From positions 15,066,001-15,130,000 of the forward strand of contig JBHGNT010000016.1 of assembly GCA_043228905.1 (NCBI GenBank): a DNA stretch of 64,000 nucleotides. The letters are read 5' to 3'. Below, one piece after another: positions 1-10,093 of this stretch. Below the pieces are notes generated by a model. It ran no database searches, was not told where the DNA came from, and was given only the letters and a program-made list of their open reading frames with translations. Position 1 is the first letter of the stretch. Each line of letters opens with the position of its first letter. The stretch is from Azolla caroliniana (Eukaryota > Plantae > Polypodiophyta). The translations under genes and the position numbers were made by a program.

Positions 1-277
1 CTGCAACGCATCAACACGAATCTGCAAATGGCCGACATCGAACAAAGGCCCTGGGCTTCAACAAGCTGCGGAAGTTCACAATGAACATAGATCTTTCTTT
101 TACTGACCAACCGAGCTTGAGGGGGAGTAAGGAACCGTTCAACATGATGTCGATCAGAGCCGAACGAACACAGAAGTGAGCCAACTACCCGAACCCGAAG
201 TCGGAGTCAACTCAAAGCCAACTTGAAGACCAATCCGAACCAACCATCCGGCGATAGAAGTTGCGTTTGAAGGGGCA
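1..277 (+). mobile_element. 3' end of degenerate Ty1/copia element (RNase H C-terminus, spacer, PPT)
   Basis: Translates to LQRINTNLQMAD..TKALG..KL; AGCTTGAGGGGGAG at ~114-127; second purine tract TTGAAGGGGC just before the LTR start TGTTGAGAATC at 278; homologous to 1800-2101. Confidence 0.8.
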
Positions 278-1258
278 TGTTGAGAATCAAACTCAATTTC
301 CCTTGTGTGGGAACACACCTTAGTATACTCAAGTGTGTGAAAACCCCACCTCCTAGTATAGTAACTAGTGTGTCATAGAACTTTAAGTTTTAATAATGAC
401 ACATATTTAGTAGATAGTGAAGTCTCTACCTCTTTTTCAAGTGGTGGTTGTAGTAAGAGAACATAGAGAGAAGGTGACTATGTAAGCACCCTCCCCTCCT
501 CTTTGTAATGTTGTTGATCATTGTTTCATTCTTGTTCTTGTTAAAACAATTTTCTTGTTTTCAGTATACATTGTTTTCTCTCTCTCTCTCTCTCTCTCTC
601 ATCCGTTTGGGTTGTTGACATAAGGAAATGGTTTAGAAGGTGGGGTGTGGATGATCTTTTAGAGCTTTCGGGCAATGCCATGCAATATGTAATGCTTGAG
701 GAAAGGTTGGTGGAATCATTAAGGATGAAGTGGGAAAATTCTAAGAGGACAAAGCTAGAATACTATATTGCAAATGTCAACCTTGAATGATGGTCTCAAT
801 ATAAAGGAAGAATGCCTATTGATCGTATCCAACCTTATCTCATTACCAATATGAGTAGTAATGCTTGTAGAGCCCTTACACTACTTCGCACTCGATCTCA
901 CAAGTTAGGTATTGAAGTTGCATCATGGTATCAAAATGTAACGGACTTGAAGACATGCAAGTACGCAATGAAGGCATAGTAGAGGATGAATGTCACTTGC
1001 TCTTCACATGCTCGACATATAGTGCAATTCGTTCAAGATATGTTGACATACTAAGAGGTCAATAACTTATGTGCCATACTTAAGACACCACCTAGAAGGT
1101 TGAGCTCATATGTGTATGCTTTATTCACACATAGAGAATTTGTGCTTCAATGTATGAATACCCCTTCTTAGGAAGGAAACACATATCAAGAACACATGTA
1201 TACGCTGGTCCCATAGGTCAAAATTGACCTCTTTATGGACAATAAAAATTCTAATACT

Positions 1259-1339
<81 letters not shown>

Positions 1340-1376
1340 CTCATCCGCTGCACAGAATCACTCCCAATTCTTTACA
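278..1376 (+). repeat. Copia LTR (TG...CA) interrupted by a LINE fragment
   Basis: 278-600 plus 1262-1376 align with LTR 2102-2447 (TGTTGAGAATCAAACTCAA ... (CT)n(CA)n ... TTTACA). Confidence 0.8.
601..1261 (+). mobile_element. 5'-truncated non-LTR retrotransposon (LINE) 3' fragment
   Basis: Frameshifted translation RTRSHKLGIEV..TCK..NEGIVEDECHLLFTCSTYSAIRSRY resembles the LINE ORF2 C-terminal CCHC region; AATAAA at ~1241; flanked by (CT)n on both sides; absent from sister LTR 2102-2447. Confidence 0.65.
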
Positions 1377-2101
1377 CTGTGCTAAGCGAGTGTTAGCTAT
1401 GTATACAACGTTCTCTACAACTCGACCACACCGATTCGACTCGAAGTGTACACCAATGCCGATTGGGTCGGGTACAAAGCCGACAGACGATCAACATCGG
1501 GATTCTTTTGAACTCCCTCGGCAGCAGAACGATATTGTGGATCAGTAAGAAGAAGCAGACAATCACACTATCAAGCATAAAGGCCAAATACAAGGGCGCG
1601 GCAGTTGCTGCATGCAAAACTGTGTGGCTGAAGAGAATATTGAAGGATCTAGGCGTTCCCATCAAGGGTTTGATTCTCCTGTACTGCGATAACATGAGTA
1701 GTATCCACTTGGCCCACAATCCGGTTTTCCACGCTTGGACAAAGCACATTGAGGTGCATTATCACTTCATCCGAGAGTGTATCCTGACTGGAGATGTCGA
1801 CCTACAACACATCAACATGAATATGAAAACAACCGACAACTTCACAAAGGCCCTGGGTCTGACAAGTTGTGGCAATTAATGACGAACCTAGGCCTTTCTA
1901 TTACCGACTAGTCGAGCTTGAGGGGGAGTATGGATGAGGAGCCGCTAGCCGGAGCCGCCCGACACGAAGCAAAATGAACACAGGAGTGAGCGGGCTATCC
2001 GAGGCCAAAGCTAGAGCCGGAGTCGACTCCAAGCCGGCTTAAAGACTAGTGACCAGTCCGAACCAACCATCTGGCGACCAGAAGTTGCGTTTGAAAGGGC
2101 G
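1377..2101 (+). pseudogene. Copia RT-end/RNase H fragment with 3' spacer and PPT
   Basis: CAKRV.., WISKKKQT, YCDNMSSIHLAHNPVFHAWTKHIEVHYHFIRE, FTKALG; frameshifted. Confidence 0.85.
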
Positions 2102-2361
2102 TGTTGAGAATCAAACTCAACTTCTGTAGTGTGGGAACACACTAATAACTAGTCTGTGATAGTCATAGAACTTTAAGTTCTATGACACATATTTAGTATA
2201 TAGTTAAGTCTCCACCTCCTTTTCAAGTGGTGGTTGTAGTAAGAGAACATAGAGAGAAGGCGACTATGTAAGCACCTTACCCTCCTCTTTGTAATTTTGT
2301 TGGTCATTGTTTCATTCTTGTTCTTGTTAATAGAGTTTTATTGTTTTCTGTATACATTGTG

Positions 2362-2408
<47 letters not shown>

Positions 2409-2447
2409 ATCTCTTCCGTTGCATAGAGTCACTCCAGATTTTTTACA
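2102..2447 (+). repeat. Copia 3' LTR
   Basis: Starts TGTTGAGAATC after purine tract, ends TTTTACA; homologous to 278-1376 and, inverted, to ~59940-60325. Confidence 0.8.
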
Positions 2448-2449
2448 AT

Positions 2450-2870
2450 AATGAATACAAAAGTATGGTATTTACCATACTTCGAAGGTGTTTACCATAC
2501 TCGAATGCGAATGCATGTATGGCACGTATGGTTCATACTATGTTCTTAGCTATCTCTAACACATAGAATGATATTTGCCTCACATATAGAAGTTTTCAAT
2601 CAAAGAATTCATCCATACTCAATGGACGGTTTCAAAGTTCTCTACGTAGTTGGATGGATTTTGACTCATTGGGGAGAGAAGATAACCTCACATTCAACAT
2701 TTGACATGGTGTTCATATTTCCTTGTGGTGCAATTGCGTGGAAAACAACAAACATCAATGGCTCTCTCAACTTAAAGGGAATATGTGGCAACTTATTATT
2801 TGCTAAAGAAGGAATGTGGATAAAAACTACATTAGAAGAGCTTGCATTCTAAAGCTACAACAATCAACTC
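2450..2870 (+). pseudogene. Old decayed copia RNase H relic (target of the 2876-8271 insertion; probably resumes ~8277-8350)
   Basis: CGAIAWK...AKEGMWIKTTLEEL resembles copia GAISWK...KE.IW; weak KH..HHFI-like remnant after the insertion. Confidence 0.55.
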
Positions 2871-2875
2871 TCTAG

Positions 2876-3514
2876 TGTTGGGATTTCGGTCCCTCCGGAT
2901 GGGATGTCCGGAGATGAATGACGACAAGCCCGGTTGCGGTTACGGAACCGGAGGATGAAGAGTACCCGGCATGAAGCCGGATGAAGAGTACCCGGCTACG
3001 GAGCCGGATGATGAAGACCCCGGCTACGGAGCCGGATGACGAATGTACCCGGAGAGAGATCCGGATGCGGGGACATATTTGTGAATATGTTTGCCAAGGG
3101 CCCTTGAGGCTATATTTGTAAATAGCTCGAAAGTCATATGTGTATAAATATGACTTAGGGCAAACAGTTTAGTTGTTACTCATTTTTCTGATTTTCCACT
3201 TAGAAGGAGCTAAGTGAGCAGCCGAGAGAGAGAGAGTGAGAGAGAGAGACGAAGAGGTCGTTGCCTCTGTGTATTACCGCCGCCTGTGGCGAAGACAGTG
3301 AGCTCAAGGTTGTTGCCTTGTAGCTTCACCATTGTACATCTCTGTTTATAGTGATAGTTGGAGTTTGAGGACTCCCGTGGTTTTTCCCATTTAGGGTTTT
3401 CCACGTAAAACATCCTGTGTACTCTTCTCTCTATTGTCTTCGTGCATTTTGTATTTCCTGTTTTCTGTGAGTTGATCCTATTCCTCGGTTGTGGCCGAGC
3501 ACTGTTTTTTAACA
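2876..3514 (+). repeat. 5' LTR of copia, with GCCGGATGAAGAGTACCCGGC-like tandem repeats in U3
   Basis: Direct repeat of 7630-8271; TATAAAT at ~3143. Confidence 0.95.
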
Positions 3515-3545
3515 AACTGGTATCAGAGCAAGGTTAACACAGAAA

Positions 3546-6500
3546 ATGGAAGGCGGCGGTAGTGGGCCTCCGGGCATGATGGTGTTGAACTCACAGAACT
3601 ACGCCGACTAGAAGATAAAGATGGAAGACCTTCTCATCGTCCGAGACCTGTACGAACCGATCGACAATGCCGAGATACCCAAGGGGGTAATAGAGTCGGA
3701 GTGGAAGCTCCTGAACCGGAAAGCCGTAGCGACGATCCGGCAATATGTCGATGTAAGTGTTCTGCAACATGTGGCGAACGATACGAACGCCTATGAGATG
3801 TGGCAGAAGCTGTCCGGACTGTATGAGAGGAAGAATGCTCTGACCCGGACCTCCCTGATGAGGAAGATAGTGAATCTTAAGTACCGGGACGGCGAGAGCA
3901 TGGTCGAACACGTCAGCACGTTCATGGGATTCGTGAACCAGCTTGCGGCGATCAAGTTCCCGTTGGATGACGCAATGCAAGCCATCATGCTGATGTGTAC
4001 CCTTCCGGAGAGCTGGGAGAACTTGGTAGTTACTCTCAGCACCTCCTGTAAGGAAGAGAACTTGTCTTTACTAACGGTAAAGACAAGTATTCTAAATGAA
4101 GAAGCGCGTCGGAGAGATAAAGAACCGGCCTCCGACTCGAAGGCGCTGCTTACCGAATCGGAACGGGGAAGACAACGGAACCGGAGTCCGCAAAGACGGG
4201 AGAAGTCGGGGACACGGTCGCAGTCGAGGGGAAGACCTACATGCTTCTACTGTGGGAAGCCGGGGCACTTCCAGAAGAACTGTCGGCATTTCCGGAAAGA
4301 CAACGGAACCGACGGTACCGATTCGAAGAAGTCACCGGAGCGAAACGGTGCATACCGGGGAGCCACGGACCGGAGAGGTCCGGATCGGCGAGGGCAGGAC
4401 CGGAAAGGAACGACGGCACTCGCGGCAAGTGAAGAAGAGATAATGCTCATTACCGAAGAGAGGGAGCTGAACCTTGCCGGTGAAGAGATGACCTGGGTGG
4501 TCGATTCCGGAGCGTCGTTCCACCTGACCCCGGAGAAGAAATACTTCTCATCCTACACAGCCGGTGAGCACGGCTGTGTCCGGATGGGAAATGAAGGTAC
4601 ATGCCGGATTGCCGGCATAGGAGACGTGTGGTTGATGACATCAACCGGATGCAAGATGCTGCTGAAGGATGTTCGACACGTTCCGGAGGTTCGACTGAAC
4701 CTGATTTCGGCCGGGAGGCTAGACGATGAAGGCTACACGGGTAGCATTCGGAATGGTGTCATGAAGTTCAGCAAAGGGAGCCTGATAGTGGCTCGGGCCC
4801 GGAAGGTCAACACACTGTACCTGATGAATTCCCGGCTATGTCCGGAGGAGCTGAACGTGGTAGCTGACACTACCGGTGAGCTGTGGCACAAGAGACTGTG
4901 CCACATGAGCGAGAAGGGGATGAAGAGGCTTGCCGAAGACAACCTTATTCCAGTGAAGCATGTGCACCTGGAGAAGTGCACCGATTGCCTGGCCGGTAAG
5001 CAGAACCGAACCTCCTTCCACTCAAGGCCACCGACGAGACGTAGCGCACCATTGGAGTTGGTGCACACTGACGTGTGTCAAGTAGAAACGAAGTCACATG
5101 GCGGAGCCCAGTACTTCGTGACATTCATTGATGACCACAGCCGGAAGCTGTGGACGGCACCGTTGAAGAAAAAGGACCAAGTGTTGTGCGTCTTCAAAGA
5201 ACTCCACGCGAGAGTGGAAAGGGAATCCGGCAAGAAGCTGAAAGCGATACGAGCGGATAACGGAGGAGAATACCGAGGGCAATTCGAGGAGTATTGCCGT
5301 TCGATGGGAATCCGGCTCGAGTTTACTGTGCCGAAGACGCCGGAACTGAACGGGCTGGCCGAGAGGATGAACCGGACCATAATGGAGAGGGTCCGGAGTA
5401 TGCTGGCGCATGCGAAATTACCCAAGGGGTTTTGGGCTGAGGCAATGTCGACGGCGACATATGTGATAAATAGATCACCCTCAGTACCCCTCGATGGAGA
5501 CACGCCACAAAGAGTGTGGACCGGTAAGGAAGTGTCCTACCGGCATCTGAAGGTGTTTGGGTGCCTCGCATACGTGCATGTGGCAAAGGACCGGAGAGGA
5601 AAGTTAGATCCAAAGACCCGGCCATGCATATTCCTCGGTTACGGCGGCGACGAGTTCGGCTACCGAGTATGGGACCCGGTCGACAAGAAGATATTCAGGA
5701 GTCGAGATATCATCTTCATGGAGGACAAGACACTCGCCGACTGGGAGTCGGAGAAGAAGATGAAGAGCTCCAAGTCGACCGGTGAGAATCAACTCTACGA
5801 GGAGCAGTCCCGACCGGCAAGGGACCGGTTAGCACTCGAGGATCCGGCCGAAGACGGTGAAGAAACAGAACCGGCCGAGGAAGATGAAACTGATACCGGA
5901 ACCGGCCCCGATCCCGAAATGGATTCGGATGAAGAGGAAACGGAGGAGCCAGTTACCGAAGCTCCGGAACGGAGATATCCTCTAAGAGAGAGAAGGGCCC
6001 CCCGAAGATTTCCGGATCCAGAGCACGTGTTGCTGACCGACGAGGGGGAGCCGGAGAGCTTTGAAGAAGCAAAGCATGACACCCAGAGCCGCAAGTGGTT
6101 GAGTGCCATGCAGGACGAGATGGATTCCCTGCATGAGAACCACACATATGAACTTGTGGAGTTGCCGAAAGGAAAACGGGCACTTCGAAACAAGTGGGTG
6201 TTCAAGCTGAAACCGGGAGATGCCGGAAACCCCCCGAGATACAAAGCCAGGATCGTGGTGAAGGGGTTCCAGCAGAAGAAGGGCGTCGACTTCGACGAGA
6301 TATTTGCCCCGGTAGTGAAGATGACCTCCATCCGGACGGTGCTGAGCATAGCGGCAAGCATGGACCTCGAGGTAGAACAGATGGACGTGAAGACGGCATT
6401 CCTTCACGGTGACCTCGAAGATGAGATCTACATGCAGCAACCGGAAGGATTCGAGAAGAAAGGGAAGGAGCACCTGGTATGCCGGTTGAAGAAGAGCCTT

Positions 6501-7619
6501 TACGGACTGAAGCAGGCTCCCCGGCAATGGTACCGGAAGTTCGACTCTTTCATGACCGACGAAGGGTACCACAAAACGCAGTCCGATCACTGCGTGTTTG
6601 TGAAGAAGTTCGAAGGAGGAGACTTTCTAATACTCCTCCTGTACGTGGACGACATGTTGATCGTCGGACGGGACCAGGTCAAGATACGGATGCTGAAGAA
6701 AGCGCTTCACCGAACCTTCTCAATGAAGGACCTGGGTCTGGCGAGGCAAATACTAGGGATGCACATCATCCGGGACCAGAAGAAGAAGCAGTTGTGGCTG
6801 TCACAGGAGAAGTACGTGACAAAGGTGCTTCACCGGTTCAACATGTCGGAAGCAAGACCGGTCGGGTCAACCCTCCCGGCAAACTGCAGGTTGTCCAGCA
6901 AGCAAAGCCCCAAGACAAAGGCTGAGAAGGAGGACATGACGAAAGTACCATATTCCTTTGCCGTCGGAAGCTTGATGTACGCAATGGTGAGTACAAGACC
7001 GGACATAGGATATGCAGTCAGAGTGGTGAGCCGGTACATGAGCAATCCCGGCAAAGAGCACTGGAACGCGGTCAAGTGGATACTCCGATACCTGAAGGGC
7101 ACGGCAAACGTGTGCCTCCGATTCGGCTCCGGTAAGCCCGAACTCGACGGCTTTACCGATTCGGATATGTCGGCTGATGCAGATACCAGCCGGTCCACAT
7201 CAGGGTATGTGATGATGTATGCAGGGGGAGCTGTTTCGTGGCAGTCGAGGCTGCAGAAGACGGTTGCGTTGTCAACCACGGAGGCGGAGTACATGGCGGC
7301 TGTTGAAGCCGGCAAGGAAATAATATGGATGAAGGACTTCATTAGAGAGCTCGGTATCCGGCAGGAGGAGTACCGACTCTACTGCGACAGTCAGAGTGCC
7401 ATCCACCTTGTGAAGAACGCGGCCTATCACTCCCGGACGAAGCACATCCAGCGAAGATATCACTGGATCCGGGAAAGGATAGAAGACCAGGAGTTCGTGC
7501 TGACGAAGATCCACACGGACGAGAACGGGTCAGATATGCTGACCAAAGTGCTCACACCCGACAAGCTGGAAGCGTGCCGGAAGAGGGTCGGACTGGAAAG
7601 ACATCCCATGCCGAAGTGA
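3546..7619 (+). pseudogene. Copia gag-pol polyprotein (gag, CCHC knuckle, protease, integrase, RT, RNase H) with one in-frame TAG at 3609-3611
   Basis: ATG 3546 in frame with the 1332-aa ORF; NYAD*KIKM matches NY..WK..M; CFYCGKPGHFQKNC; WVVDSGAS; HKRLCH..CTDC; LELVHTDVC; YVDDMLI; YCDSQSAI. Confidence 0.93.
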
Positions 7620-7629
7620 AGGGGGAGTT

Positions 7630-8271
7630 TGTTGGGATTTCGGTCCCTCCGGATGGGATGTCCGGAGATGAATGACGGCAAGCCCGGTTGCGGTTACGGA
7701 ACCGGAGGATGAAGAGTACCCGGCATGAAGCCGGATGAAGAGTACCCGGCTACGGAGCCGGATGATGAAGACCCCGGCTACGGAGCCGGATGACGAATGT
7801 ACCCGGAGAGAGATCCGGATGCGGGGACATATTTGTGAATATGTTTGCCAAGGGCCCTTGAGGCTATATTTGTAAATAGCCCGAAAGTCATATGTGTATA
7901 AATATGACTTAGGGCAAACAGTTTAGTTGTTGTTACTCATTTTTCTGATTTTCCACTTAGAGGGAGCTAAGTGAGCAGCCGAGAGAGAGAGAGCGAGAGA
8001 GAGAGACGAAGAGGTCATTGCCTCTGTGTATTACCGCCGCCTGTGGCAAAGACAGTGAGCGCAAGGTTGTTGCCTTGTAGCTTCACCATTGTACATCTCT
8101 GTTTATAGTGATAGTTGGAGTTTGAGGACTCCCGTGGTTTTTCCCATTTAGGGTTTTCCACGTAAAACATCCTGTGTACTCTTCTCTCTATTGTCTTCGT
8201 GCATTTTGTATTTCCTGTTTTCTGTGAGTTGATCCTATTCCTCGGTTGTGGCCGAGCACTATTTTTTAACA
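7630..8271 (+). repeat. 3' LTR of copia
   Basis: Direct repeat of 2876-3514. Confidence 0.95.
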
Positions 8272-8519
8272 TCTAGCAATAATATCAAAGCATGTCATCA
8301 TTTCATTACATTTTACTTCTACAATAACAATGTGGGTGGATTTCTTGAAAAAATAAATGGCATACCAAAAGCACTATAATTATTGCAAAAAATTTGATCC
8401 CATCCTTCTTAAGAAAATATTATGTAGAATGTTTTCATGAGGGGAATTGTTGCAACAAATTTGATCCTAGCCTTCTTAAGAAAAAGAAAATACTATGCAG
8501 AATATTTGTTTATATTCAG

Positions 8520-8800
8520 TATTTTAAAATCCATAAATACCACAATTATGGACACGTCCGACGTCAGTGCCGGAAATTGCAACAACAATCTCACAAGCAA
8601 CAAGTCCAGATAACTATGGCTGACGCGGCATCGTTGGCTGAGCTTCCGGGAAACTGACGTCTACCTCTTCTAGTTCCGGGGTGCTGATGGAAGAGCCAGC
8701 CCTCCACATCCAAGCGTCTACCTCTTCTAGTTCGAGGGTATGCACCGCCCTCGGCACCATTAATCACTGCACCCACACAATCTTATTAGACACTGGTAGT
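8520..8800 (+). pseudogene. Ty3/gypsy element A: gag C-terminus and start of protease (5' part of element missing)
   Basis: Degenerate knuckle HKYHNYGHVRRQC; gag stop at PGN* (8657); the -1 frame is open from 8654 to HTILLDTGS at 8800 and continues (SISSIS..) at 24958. Confidence 0.8.
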
Positions 8801-9304
8801 TATTATAGATCTTGATACTAACGTAAGCTTAAGATAAGGATAATGAAAAGATAGATAGAAAGGAGAAAGAGAAAGAAGGGTGCCGATCCACCCGACCACC
8901 CCCGAGCGAAGGGATCGAGATGGACTCGAGCCTCGATCGGCGTCCCATACCACCGCCGTGGCGTCGAGTCGTACCTGGTGCTGGCGCGCTCGCTACAAGA
9001 GTTGACCCACCACACGAGCAGAGTCTCGATGTAGTCAAAAGATGATCAAATGAGGGTAGCTAGGCCTCTTATTTATAGCGAAACCCAAGGCCCCCAGGCA
9101 AGTTCACACTTGACCTAATGGGTTGTCTCAATCCCGAGGATTAAAAGTAATCCTCCCCTTCTTTACACTCTCATTTAACCCTCACACTTATCCACGTGTA
9201 TAGAATACTACGGTAAATTCTTACCACGGGATATTATATGGTCATGCCCGTAACAACTACGGTAAATTCTTACCACGGGATATTATATGGTCATGCCCGT
9301 AACA
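8801..9304 (-). repeat. 3' LTR of chromovirus B, with 49-bp tandem duplication at its PPT-proximal end
   Basis: 8801-9255 matches 24498-24952; 9207-9255 is repeated at 9256-9304. Confidence 0.93.
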
Positions 9305-9735
9305 TACTCCCCCTCTTTAAAACATTGCACTCTTGCAATGGAAAGTTAGGGAAGTTAGTTCTTAGAGTATTTTCACGTTCCCATGTGGCATCTTTTATTG
9401 ATTTATCCATCCATTTTATTTTGAATTCTCGGATTTCTTTAGTACGTAATTTTTTTGTTTTAACATCGAGAATTCTTTCTGGTACATGTGGTTTAGAAGA
9501 GAATTCTTCAGAAGTAACCAGAGTTTCAGTCGTAACTGTATTGTCGCCAGAACCTAGAAGTTCTTTTAGACGACTCACATGAAAGACCGGATGAATTCCG
9601 ACACCATCGGGAAGAGCGAGACGATAGGCTGATGACCCAATGCGTTTGAGGACTGTAAAAGGTCCACAAAACCGTGGGGCTAACTTAGCGCACTTACCTG
9701 TAGACAATGTCTTAGAATTGTGAGGTACACGTAAA
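9291..9735 (-). pseudogene. Chromovirus integrase C-terminus (GPY/F motif) and chromodomain
   Basis: KLAPRFCGPFTVLKRIG..AYRLALP...IHPVFHVSRLK; PERILDVK...FKIKW...DATWE; joins 18821 in frame once the DNA transposon and one TSD copy are removed. Confidence 0.92.
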
Positions 9736-10093
9736 AACACGTTCGCGTTCACAAGTGGAAGGATCGCGCATAAATGGAAGGATAAGTGAAATTTTAGGGG
9801 TTTTTCAATGATTTTACAAAACACATTGATACCAGTATCATACAAGTTCAAACATACTATGAAAAAGGTTAAAAATCCACTATTTTCGTGATTTAGAAGT
9901 AACTAAAAAAAGACGAATTTCAAAAACATACATTCTCAATTTATATCACAAACTTTACAACCAATGTTATTTTATAAGAAACGATTTTTGGGAAATCATA
10001 AGAATTCAAAACACATGATTTTATATTACTCGATTTGTTACAAGCGGAATGTAGTTACACTTAATTGCCAAATATACATTCATGATCACTCCT

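Larger units (their letters stand above)
2876..8271 (+). mobile_element. Full-length Ty1/copia LTR retrotransposon
   Basis: LTRs 2876-3514 and 7630-8271 (TG...CA, ~8 substitutions plus a 3-bp indel); 5-bp TSD TCTAG at 2871-2875 and 8272-8276; PBS TGGTATCAGAGC (tRNA-iMet) 3518-3529; PPT GAAGGGGGAG just before 7630. Confidence 0.97.

Noticed and set aside
1121-2566. ORFs with CVCVCV, ERERER or THTHTH runs (also 59755-60157)
   Set aside because: Translations of (CA)n and (CT)n microsatellites in LTRs
3591-7681. Many antisense and alternate-frame ORFs over the copia polyprotein
   Set aside because: Shadow ORFs of a GC-rich coding sequence
9736-9745. CACTA or Chapaev assignment from CAC...GTG near the termini
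   Set aside because: Taking CAC/GTG as the ends gives no target duplication and does not restore the integrase frame; transposase motifs do not resemble TnpD
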